A stretch of 64,000 bases of DNA from Octopus sinensis (Eukaryota): NCBI RefSeq assembly GCF_006345805.1, contig NC_042998.1:86676001-86740000 (forward strand), given 5' to 3'. Numbering within the stretch: the stretch's first letter is position 1; the number at the start of each line of letters is the position of its first letter. The translations under genes and the position numbers were made by a program. The notes under the pieces are model-generated. The model saw nothing but the letters and a program-made list of their open reading frames with translations. It made no database searches and was not told the origin of the DNA. Below are positions 52,127 through 62,171 of this stretch, piece by piece.

Positions 52127-54988
52127 TTTTATTATTACCCACAAGGGGCGAACATAGATGGGACAATACAATCTGATGATGGAGTCAGATACACGAATGG
52201 GTTTTACAACAAAGCGAATTTTAAAAATTTACAAAAAATTACAAAATATAAAAAATCGAATGGAGAACAGACCGGAAGACATTACGGATGGAGTGGGAGC
52301 GGGTTTAGCTCGGACCCCACGAGCCCCGCCTCCCCACTGATACTTTGGTTTCGTCTGGTTTTACATTTATGTGGTATCATCCATTCGCAACTTTCGTGCT
52401 AGATTTTTCCATCGTTCTTCATACACTCTCCTAGTCAGGCATATTCTCTCCAGCCCTATCTTCCTTTTCAGGTGAAAGATGAAATAATTCATCAAACCAG
52501 GGCCGGAGATGAACTTGCCTGACTGTAAACCTTTCATTCTCGTCTTCCATATCACCTCTTTCGCAATTGCTACTACAACGAGAAAACGAAACTTACCTTC
52601 CTTCACGAGGAAATCCGGTGGGTCAATTTTTGTAATCAACTCAGTCGACAGCTGTACTCTTCGTGTACTTGACAACAGCTGTTCGGCATAAACCCACACC
52701 TCAGACACGTCCGGACAATGAACAATAGCGTGCGGGACGGTTTCCCTATCCCGCCCGCATCTTGGACATATCGGGCTGTCTTGGCCACCGTGCCTTGCGA
52801 GTTTATCCCGAACAGGTAGAGCTCATCTGTATTATTGCCATGCCAGAGACTTCTGGAAGTTGTCCAGTGTCTTCGGCTTGAACGTACATCGGAACAGACT
52901 GGCCAGCTGATTATCGTCGAGACCTAGGGTTTCCCCCAAGGTATCTTCACATTCCGCCTCTACCAAACCTCTATAGAAGAATGTGGTGGAACCCCCACCG
53001 CAGGCGTTGCCCGAGCGACGGAATAGCAGGAGAACCTTGCGACACTCCGTGTACCAAGTACCAAGTTTCGATCTACGATTCAGCCAGGTTTCCCATCCAC
53101 CGAAACTAGTGAACTTGGGAAACATCAGTTTTGCTAGCGGAGACCTCACCCGTTCACCATCCAGGTAGAGCCACAGATGTCTTAACCTCAGCGTATGTCT
53201 GCGCATCATCAGCCAAGGCATCCCTAGCCCACCCTTTAACGGTTGTTGACAGCAAGTAGAGTGTTTCACAAGTGGTTTCCCGCCCTTCCACAAGAAGTAG
53301 AAGAGCTGTCTTTCCAACTTGATCAACCACGAATCAGGGCAAGGAACGACGGAAAGGCGGTAGGTGATAACCGATGCGATAAACACATAAGCCACCTCCT
53401 GTCACCGTCTCGTAAACCTCTATGGCCTTGCCTACTTTACGTAGGTGGTCCATTTCGGTTACAATGATGGTGATGTCATCCGCGTACGCTGACACCGATT
53501 TTCCACTACCTGGCTGTCTCGGGATACCGCTCAGTTTTCGCAGTAATGGCTCAAGAGCCATCACATACAAAAGCGGAGAAAGCGGACACCCTTGACAAGC
53601 CGACCGCTTGAACGACAGGAAGCCGTTCACCCGAACTACCGAGTCGATGTTATCGTAAATTTGTATAATCCACCTGAAGAAGCCAAGGCTCAGCCCGAAC
53701 TGTACCAGGGCAGATACCAGGTAACGATGGTCGACCCTATCAAATGCTTTAGATTGGTCTAAATGGACCAGTGCCCCACCCTTGCCAGAATCGCTATTAA
53801 ACCCCTCTATAGTGTACCGCATAAGATGGAGATTATCCTGAATGGTTCTGCCAGGAACAGCACATGTCTGTGCCTCCCCGATCAGACCATCCGCGACACG
53901 CGCCAATTTTCGATAACACTTTGGCCAAAATCTTCAACTCTGTGTTTAGCAGAGTGATGGGCCTGAAATTATCAATGCACTCCCCCTTGCTCGGGTCCCT
54001 TCTGACGAGTGTCACTACTCCCCGGCGCACAGATCTGGGTATAAGCCCGTTCTGTTGCCAGTTCGCATAGACCTCCGCCAGTAGGTGCCCGAACAAGTCT
54101 GGCATACTCTTATATAACTCATAGGGTAGACCATCCAAACCCGGCGCCTTGCCCGCGTCGCAGTCCGCCATTGCCTCAACCACCTCCTCAGGCGTGTTTG
54201 GCCCTTGACAGCCCTCCGCATCTCGCCGCGATAAGCGCGGCAGCCCGTCGAGTAGGTCCGTAAAGGCCCCCCTCCTATCCAGTCCGCCGCACTCACCGAA
54301 AAGCTGAGCGAAGTGCTCCTGAAAGGCCTCACACATCTCCTCGGGCTCGTTTATCAACTCACCTTGTTGGTTCGTCATAGATCGAATCGTGGCATCGTTC
54401 CCATGCTGAGCTTCCACCACTCGGGCCCGGTTTCTTTTTATTAGGACCAACACCCCACTCCCGCCAGTAGGACTGCCAGGAGACAAAAAACACTCGTAGC
54501 CGTCAAACAGCGGGAGTAGACCTCTTGGCCCCTCTAACCGGGTTTCTGTAGCAACAATAACATCTAAATTACGCGACCTGATATCATGCAGGAAGCGACT
54601 TTGCTTCCAGCTTGCTCCCAGGCCGTGCACATTCAAACAACCAACATAAATGTAATCCATTACTTACCTTTATATCAGTGGTTCGGTTTTTTCTTTTTAT
54701 TCTTTGTTTATCTCTTTTTCTGGGACTCGTGGGGAGTCTGACGTAGGCCCTCGAATATATATGGAGATGTTAAATCCATTCTGAGCGGGCCTACGTCATG
54801 AAAGAATTCGGACTTTATCCGCCCGTAATCCTTCCGGCCTATTCTGTAAACTATATAGTCATTCATTTTTCCTATTTTTTCCACTTTGGCCATAGCTGCC
54901 AACACACAGTATAATATAACGGAGAAAATATACACTAAGGAAAATTGTAATAACTCACTACACACGCGATTTGCGTTCCGCCATGTTA
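52127..54988 (-). mobile_element. Tx1-like element A: internally deleted ORF2, truncated ORF1
   Basis: Near-identical to element C except for two large deletions. Same 3' UTR and 47-nt terminus. Confidence 0.92.
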
Positions 54989-56921
54989 TTTTATTATTAC
55001 CCACAAGGGGCCAACATAGAGGGGACAATACAATCGGGAAAATGAATAATGAATTATGAAGTTTGTACAATGTGGTGTAATGCCCACTCGATCCCCGAAA
55101 TCGAGCGGTTACATTTCGTCATTTGTTTTTTATTCGTCAACAATATCTTCCAAATAAAAACATTTTACACATTTTCAACATACATTTCAAAAATTTTACA
55201 AAGTTCAACATTTTTTTTTTTTTCAGAATTTAAAGTTCCTTTTATCATTTCCAATTAAAGTTTTCACAATACCTTTTCTTTTATATATACTCCATTATCT
55301 CTACCAAATCTTGGTAAATTTCCATCGTTCGTGGCCATCTTGTAAGTCGGCATTTCATATGTTTTGTCACGTTCTTGCCAGCTGCCTCGATGAACGCCTC
55401 AGCGTCGTTCTCGTGGACGAGTGCACCTGTTTCTTTCCATTCGGTGCCCATCCTGACCCACGTATACCCATTTGTTACGTTTATTAAATCTTCCATCTCC
55501 TCACAGTGCCTGTGATGGATCAACGTTCCATAGTATTTGAATTTTCTATTCGTACCTACGTTTTCTCTAGTTTTTCTCTTAGGACTTACTTCCTCTTTTT
55601 TCTCCTCCCTCGGTTTCTCTCTTTCTCTCTTTTTGCTTTCTCTTCTTTCTTTTTCCTTCTCTTGTCTTTTTGGCTCTTTGTCTGCCGTCTCTCTACCCTG
55701 TGCCTTATGTTCCTTTCCTGTTGTTTCTTTTCCTTTTCGCATACCATCTTTTCCTTTCTCTTGGTTCTGTTCCTTCTCTTGTTCTTTTCCTGCTTTTTCT
55801 CTTTCCTTTAATGTACTTTCCTTTTCTTTCTCTTGCTTCTGCCTTGGCTCCTTCTCCACTACTTCTGCACCCTGTGAATTTTGCTCCTTTTCTACTCTCT
55901 TCTTCCCTTTGTTTTCATTTTCCTTCAGTGCGCTGTTACTTCCCTTCTCTTGTTGTTTCTCCGTTATTTCCTTTTCCTTGTTTTCGCTGTTCTTTCCTTC
56001 GTGTTCGTTTTCCTTCTCTCCACTTTGTGTCTCTTTTTGCTCCGCTGTGAATTCATACAGCGGACATTCCTTTTTTATGTGCCCTCTTGATCCGCACAGG
56101 TAGCAATTCGGTTTTCTGCCCTCCACTATTACACTAATTGTTTTCTCGTTTTCTATTTCTATTTGGAAGGGAAACCTTTCGATGTCTTCCATTGTGGCCA
56201 TCAGCCACAACTCTACTCCGAATCCCTTCCAATTTACAACGTTCGTCTCCATGATTGACCCTATTTCAACTTCCTCCTTTGCTGCCCCAATAATGGCTGT
56301 TACCAGCATTTCTGTTTTAATATCTGGGGGCACCTTTGGGACTCTTACCCGTACCCCTCGTCTTCCTTTATACGTCGGCCACATAGTGAAATTTTCGGCT
56401 TTCAGGACAGTGGAAGCCAATGAGGCCGCCACTTCCTTTGTTGCGCATCTCACCTCCACCGTACCATATTTCTTTCCTCTGTCTACAAAAGTAGCTTTTT
56501 TCATGATGTCCCCCAGACATTTCTCTATTTCTTCAATCGTCACTCTCACCAGTTTTCTCGTGTTTCTATCTTGCGTTCTATACGTTATCGTCTTGTTATT
56601 TCTCTCCTCTATTGTTTCAACAGGCGGGACCAGCTTCACGCTGTCACCCTCCCTTTTGACGAAATTCTCGTATTCCTTCAATTGTTCTTTTCTAAAGAAC
56701 ACTTCTCTTATTCTAAGAGACTCGTCACTTTTTGTTGTGGCGACCCCCGCGTAAGTCTCCATGACTTGCGGGTCGACACACCTTCTATAAAAGGTTCAAA
56801 CACGCAGCGGCAAACGCCTCGCGCGATTCAATTTTTTTGATAATTTTTAACAGTTTTTTTTTTTCAAATTTTCACATACAAAATAACTCAATACACACGT
56901 GGATTGCGTTCCGCCAGGTTG
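54989..56921 (-). mobile_element. ORF1-only Tx1-like element B (half-LINE)
   Basis: 5' UTR, intact 493-aa ORF1, short 3' UTR, and the 47-nt terminus shared with A and C. No EN or RT. Confidence 0.85.
55281..56762 (-). CDS. ORF1p of element B (RRM-like N-terminus, CCHC knuckle CYLCGSRGHIKKEC, long K/E-rich linker, C-terminal globular domain)
   Basis: Uninterrupted ORF with a CX2CX4HX4C motif preceded by VEGRKP. Confidence 0.88.
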   Translation of the reverse strand: METYAGVATTKSDESLRIREVFFRKEQLKEYENFVKREGDSVKLVPPVETIEERNNKTITYRTQDRNTRKLVRVTIEEIEKCLGDIMKKATFVDRGKKYGTVEVRCATKEVAASLASTVLKAENFTMWPTYKGRRGVRVRVPKVPPDIKTEMLVTAIIGAAKEEVEIGSIMETNVVNWKGFGVELWLMATMEDIERFPFQIEIENEKTISVIVEGRKPNCYLCGSRGHIKKECPLYEFTAEQKETQSGEKENEHEGKNSENKEKEITEKQQEKGSNSALKENENKGKKRVEKEQNSQGAEVVEKEPRQKQEKEKESTLKEREKAGKEQEKEQNQEKGKDGMRKGKETTGKEHKAQGRETADKEPKRQEKEKERRESKKREREKPREEKKEEVSPKRKTRENVGTNRKFKYYGTLIHHRHCEEMEDLINVTNGYTWVRMGTEWKETGALVHENDAEAFIEAAGKNVTKHMKCRLTRWPRTMEIYQDLVEIMEYI

Positions 56922-57198
56922 TTTTATTATTACCCACAAGGGGCGAACATAGATGGGACAATACAATCTGATGATGGGGTCAGACACACGAATGGGTTTT
57001 TACAATAAAACGAATTAAAAAATTTTCATGAAATTACAATAAATGGACAGAAATCGAATGATGTAACAGACCGGAAGACATTACGGGTGGAGTGGGTGCG
57101 GGTTTAGCTCGGACCCCACGAGCCCCGCCTCCCCACTGATACTTTTGGTTTCGCTTGGTCTTACATTTATGTTGTATCATTCACTCGCAACTTTCGTG

Positions 57199-60100
57199 CT
57201 ACATCTTCCAACGTTCTTCATACACTCTCCTAGTCAGGCATATTCTCTCCAGCCCTATCTTCCTTTTCAGGTGAAAGATGAAATAATTCATCAAACCAGG
57301 GCCGGAGATGAACTTGCCTGACTGTAAACCTTTCATTCTCGTCTTCCATATCACCTCTTTCGCAATTGCTACTACAACGAGAAAACGAAACTTACCTTCC
57401 TTCACGAGGAAATCCGGTGGGTCAATTTTTGTAATCGACTCAGTCGACAGCTGTACTCTTCGTGTACCTGACAACAGCTGTTCGGCATAAACCCACACCT
57501 CAGACACGTCCGGACAATGAACAATAGCGTGCAGGACGGTTTCCCTATCCCGCCCGCATCTTGGATATATCGGACTGTCTTGGCCACCATGCCTTGCGAG
57601 TTTATCCCGAACAGGTAGAGCTCCTCTGTAGCATTGCCATGCCAGAGACTTCTGGATGTTGTCCAGTGTCCTCGGCTTGAACGTACGTCGGAACAGACTC
57701 GCCAGCTGATTATCGTCGAGACCTAGGGTTTCCCCCAAGGTATCTTCACATTCCGCCTCTACCAACCCTCTATAGAAGAATGTGGTGGAACCCCCACCGC
57801 AGGCGTTGCCCGAGCGACGGAATAGCAGGAGAGCCTTGCGACACTCCGTGTACCAAGTACCAAGTTTCGATCTACGATTCAGCCAGGTTTCCCATCCACC
57901 GAAACTAGTGAACTTGGGAAACATCAGTTTTGCTAGCGGAGACCTCACCCGTTCACCATCCAGGTAGAGCCACAGATGTCTTAACCTCAGCGCATGTCTG
58001 CGCATCATCAGCCAAGGCATCCCTAGCCCACCCTTTAACGGTTGTTGACAGCAAGTAGAGCGTTTCACAAGTGGTTTCCCGCCCTTCCACAAGAAGTAGA
58101 AGAGCTGTCTTTCCAACTTGATCAACCACGAATCAGGGCAAGGAACGACGGAAAGGCGGTAGGTGATAACCGATGCGATAAACACATTGGCCACCTCCGC
58201 CCTCCCTTTCAGGGACAGCCACCGCCAAGACCAGGTCTTGGTTTCTGCAGCCGCCTTGCTCGATACCTCGCCCCAATTCTTCTCTATTTGGAGGTCTGGA
58301 CCGAACCAGATCCCTAGCAATTTAATCGGACCCTCCGTCCAACGTTCCACGACGCTGTCAGGAGGCATCGACTTGCCTCTCCAGGTGCCGAGTTGCAAGC
58401 CGACTGACTTTTCGCGATTAACTTTTGCTCCTGTCACCGTCTCGTAAACCTCTATGGCCTTGCCTACTTTACATAGGTGGTCCATTTCGGTTACGATGAT
58501 GGTGATGTCATCCGCGTACGCTGACACTGATTTTCCATTACCTGGCTGTCTCGGGATACCGCTCAGTTTTCGCAGTAATGGCTCTAGAGCCATCACGTAC
58601 AAAAGCGGGGAGAGCGGACACCCTTGACGAACCGAGCGTTTGATTTTGAACGGCTTCGAAAAGAAGCCGTTCACCCGAACTACCGAGTCGATGTTATCAT
58701 AAATTTGGATAATCCACCTGAGGAAGCCAAGGCTCAGCCCGAACTGTGCCAGGGCAGATACCAGGTAACGATGGTCGACCCTATCAAAAGCTTTAGATTG
58801 GTCTAAATGGACCAGTGCCCCACCCTTGCCAGAATCACTATTAAACCCATCTATAGTGTACCGCATAAGATGGAGATTATCCTGAATGGTTCTGCCAGGA
58901 ACGGCACATGTCTGTGCCTCCCCGATCAGACCATCCGCGACACGCGCCAATCTTTTCGATAACACTTTGGCCAAAATCTTCAACTCTGTGTTTAGCAGAG
59001 TGATGGGCCTGAAATTATCAATGCACTCCCCCTTGCTCGGGTCCCTTCTGACGAGTGTCACTACTCCCCGGCGCACAGATCTGGGTATAAGCCCGTTCTG
59101 TTGCCAGTTCGCATAGACCTCCGCCAGTAGGTGCCCGAACAAGTCTGGCATACTCTTATATAACTCATAGGGTAGACCATCCAAACCCGGCGCCTTGCCC
59201 GCGCCGCAGTACGCCATTGCCTCAACCACCTCCTCAGGCGTGATTGGCCCTTCACAGCCCTCCGCATCTCGCCCCGATAAGCGCGGCAGCCCGTCGAGTA
59301 GGTCCGTAAAGGCCCCCCTCCTATCCAGTCCGCCGCACTCACCGAAAAGCTGAGCGAAGTGCTCCTGAAAGGCCTCACACATCTCCTCGGGTTCGTTCAG
59401 CGACTCACCTTGTTGGTTCGTCAAAGATCGAGTCGTGGCATCGTTACCATGCTGTGCTTCCACCACTCGGGCCCATCTCGCGGCGTTGATTCCTTCACAT
59501 CCCATATGGCGGATTCTAGCCCTGACAATGCAGCCCATGTGTTTGGCCTCGAGGCGCTGGTTTAACACCATTCTCTTGGACGCCACCTGAGCCGCAGAGC
59601 CAGTTTTCAAGGCTTCCTCTAATTCCTTAACTAGAGTAGTTTCCATTCTAGCCTCTCTAGCCACTACTCCTATGCTATATCTAATTGACTCAAACTTGAT
59701 GGCTCGTTTGAGGGCGTACCACCATTTGTTATTAATGATGGTACCAGATCGTGCCCTCTGAATTATGTCCCTAATCCGGTCTTTGTACTCCTTAATCGCC
59801 AAAAGGGACGTATTAAGTTTCCAGTAACCGGATCCTCTATTTTTAACCTTATCTATGTCAAGCTTACAAGTGACCATTTTATGATCACTGTAGCTGATCG
59901 CGTAAAACTGTGGACACTTAGCTATTTTACTGTCTACTTTTCTAATTAGTATTCTATCTAAATATGACCTGGAAGATCCGTCGCTGTTTGACCATGTCCA
60001 CAATGGAGCGTTCGGAAATTCCAGCCTATAAGGATCTGCTAGCTCAAAGCGGCTTAGCAGTTCCATGAAGCCACTGTTACCTTTTCTATCTGGACGCGAG

Positions 60101-60561
60101 CCAACACAATCTAAATCCGCTTTGCAAATTGTGTTAAAGTCTCCTAGCACAACTAATGAATGCGAAGTACCAAGAAAGTTTTCTAGTTCACGGAAATAAT
60201 CACTTTGCCCTGTATGGTTGGGTGCGTAAATTGCAACCAGTCTGATAACTTTACCATTACTGAACGTCAAATCCATGACGACCAGCCTGCCTTCTGGATC
60301 TGCAAAAATTAACTTTTTCTCAGAAACCCGGTTTCTTTTTATTAGGACCAACATCCCACTTCCGCCAGTAGGACTGCCAGGAGAGAAAAAACTCTCGTAG
60401 CCGTCAAACAGCGGGAGCAGACCTCTTGGCCCCTCTAACCGGGTTTCTGTAGCAACAATAACATCTAAATTATGCGACCTGATATCATGCAGGAAGCGAT
60501 CTTGCTTCCAGCCTGCTCCCAGGCCGCGCACATTCAAACAACCAACATAAATGCAATCCAT
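57199..60561 (-). CDS. ORF2p of element C: APE endonuclease + reverse transcriptase + C-terminal CCHC-like domain
   Basis: LNVRGL, ETR, YAPN, GDFN, YLDRIL, SDH (APE); LDQSKAFDRV, QGCPLSP, YADD (RT). 1120 aa uninterrupted. Confidence 0.95.
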   Translation of the reverse strand: MDCIYVGCLNVRGLGAGWKQDRFLHDIRSHNLDVIVATETRLEGPRGLLPLFDGYESFFSPGSPTGGSGMLVLIKRNRVSEKKLIFADPEGRLVVMDLTFSNGKVIRLVAIYAPNHTGQSDYFRELENFLGTSHSLVVLGDFNTICKADLDCVGSRPDRKGNSGFMELLSRFELADPYRLEFPNAPLWTWSNSDGSSRSYLDRILIRKVDSKIAKCPQFYAISYSDHKMVTCKLDIDKVKNRGSGYWKLNTSLLAIKEYKDRIRDIIQRARSGTIINNKWWYALKRAIKFESIRYSIGVVAREARMETTLVKELEEALKTGSAAQVASKRMVLNQRLEAKHMGCIVRARIRHMGCEGINAARWARVVEAQHGNDATTRSLTNQQGESLNEPEEMCEAFQEHFAQLFGECGGLDRRGAFTDLLDGLPRLSGRDAEGCEGPITPEEVVEAMAYCGAGKAPGLDGLPYELYKSMPDLFGHLLAEVYANWQQNGLIPRSVRRGVVTLVRRDPSKGECIDNFRPITLLNTELKILAKVLSKRLARVADGLIGEAQTCAVPGRTIQDNLHLMRYTIDGFNSDSGKGGALVHLDQSKAFDRVDHRYLVSALAQFGLSLGFLRWIIQIYDNIDSVVRVNGFFSKPFKIKRSVRQGCPLSPLLYVMALEPLLRKLSGIPRQPGNGKSVSAYADDITIIVTEMDHLCKVGKAIEVYETVTGAKVNREKSVGLQLGTWRGKSMPPDSVVERWTEGPIKLLGIWFGPDLQIEKNWGEVSSKAAAETKTWSWRWLSLKGRAEVANVFIASVITYRLSVVPCPDSWLIKLERQLFYFLWKGGKPLVKRSTCCQQPLKGGLGMPWLMMRRHALRLRHLWLYLDGERVRSPLAKLMFPKFTSFGGWETWLNRRSKLGTWYTECRKALLLFRRSGNACGGGSTTFFYRGLVEAECEDTLGETLGLDDNQLASLFRRTFKPRTLDNIQKSLAWQCYRGALPVRDKLARHGGQDSPIYPRCGRDRETVLHAIVHCPDVSEVWVYAEQLLSGTRRVQLSTESITKIDPPDFLVKEGKFRFLVVVAIAKEVIWKTRMKGLQSGKFISGPGLMNYFIFHLKRKIGLERICLTRRVYEERWKM

Positions 60562-60570
60562 TACTTACCT

Positions 60571-61945
60571 TTATATCAGTGGTTCGGTTTTCTCTTGTTC
60601 TTCTAACTCTTTTTCTGGGCCTCGTGGGGGAGTCTGACGTAGGCCCTCGAATATATGTGGAGATGTCACCTCCAATCTAAGTGGGCCTACGTCGTGGAAG
60701 AATTCGGATTTTATCCGCCCGTAATCCTTCCGGCCTATTCTGTAGATTACAAAGTCATTTTTCTTTTCCACTTTCTCCACTTTGGCCATAGCAGCCAACA
60801 CGTTTCCTAGTCTGCTATTTGCTGCCTTTACGACCATATATGAGTCCATTGTCTCTCTTTTCTTTTTTAAAATTATTCTGGGAGGGGTGGTTTCCGTTTT
60901 TTTTTTTTTCGGTAATTTTTTTCCACCCCTCCTCATTTATCTTATCCTCGCTCTTATTCTCCTCCGCCGCTGGTTCTGCTGTCACCGTCACCTCCACACC
61001 TTCGGTCTTCCCTTTTGGGCCGTCCGACGCTGCTTCTGGTGACACATTTTCTTCTTTTTCTCTTGGCTTCGGTGCTTCCAGCGGTTTGGGTTGGGGTTGG
61101 CATTCCGCCCTTACATGACCCTTCTTGCCGCAGCCGAAGCACCTCGGCTTCCTGCCCTCCACGAAAACTGTTATTTTTTCATCTTCGCTGATTTTTACCG
61201 TTTCTGGAATTTCTTCCAGTGTTTGTGCCTCCGCCTGAATGGCTATCACTTTTTTGTCCTTTCCAGAACTCCTCTTCTTCCACTGTGGCCTGGAGGATGT
61301 TTATTTTTTCCTCCAGGCCTACCATCACTGCTGCCACCAGACATTCTGCATCTGCTTCTGGCGGTATGTTGTTCATTGTGATTTTTGACGTCCGCTTTCC
61401 TCTATATAATGGTAATAAAACAATGTTTTCTGCTTTGATCGTCTCCATCGATAGTTTTTTCGCCATCTCTTCAGTGGTAAAACGCACCTCCACTGTGCCG
61501 TATCTTTTTCCTCTGTTTATGTAGGTTATTTTGTCCATTATCGGTTTCAGACAAAACTCTATTTTTTTTTCCTCGATTTTCTGTATCATTCTTGTTGCTG
61601 TGTTGTAGGTTTTATATATAATTCTTTTCTTCTCTATATCGTCTTGTTTCTGTATGTTTGTGACCACAGTCACCTCTGTGCCCTCTTTCTTTACACTGTC
61701 TGCAAATTTTTCCAGATTTCCAATATTTATTGTTTTAATCTTTTTCCCAGCTACTTCAGCGAATTTTTTCGCTGGAGTTGATGCTGGTACTGGTTTTTCT
61801 ATTTTCTTGGGCGACGCCGCCTCTTTTTTCTTCAGGCGACAACGCCTCTTTTTTCCTTGGCGACAGCGCCTCTTTTTTTCCTGGCGACAACGCCGGGTAT
61901 TCGTCCTCGCTCGTCACAGGCGAATAAGAGATGGGGGGACTCCAT
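60571..61945 (-). CDS. ORF1p of element C (frameshifted)
   Basis: Pieces 61673-61179, 61249-60815 (CFGCGKKGHVRAEC) and 60936-60571, plus an inferred MESP.. start at 61945. Confidence 0.75.
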
Positions 61946-62171
61946 CTTGAACAAATGGCTTTAACAAGCCTTTGGAATTTCCAAATTAATTGTAGTTTTC
62001 CCCCACGGAGGGGGGAACACCAACGCGAAGTCCTCGCGCGAAGGCTGACTTCTTCAGTTAAACAACAATAAACAAAACAGGTAGACAGACAATATAGAAA
62101 ACAGAGATAATACTATGAGAGCAAAAATATATAAACTTACTAATAAATGCAATTAGCTTGGAGCCAGGTGA

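Larger units (their letters stand above)
56922..62171 (-). mobile_element. Tx1-like (L1 superfamily) element C, full-length ORF1 + ORF2
   Basis: 5' UTR, ORF1 (about 61945-60571, several frameshifts), a 9-nt spacer, ORF2 (60561-57199) and 3' UTR. Confidence 0.93.

Noticed and set aside
55506-56754. Long Phe/Ser/Leu-rich + strand ORFs (also 62616-63125)
   Set aside because: They are antisense shadows of the purine-rich K/E linker of ORF1.
56909-56921. U1 snRNA 5' end (ATACTTACCTGGC) as the Tx1 target
   Set aside because: Only ACCTGGC matches, two sites have ACATGGC, and no U1 body follows.
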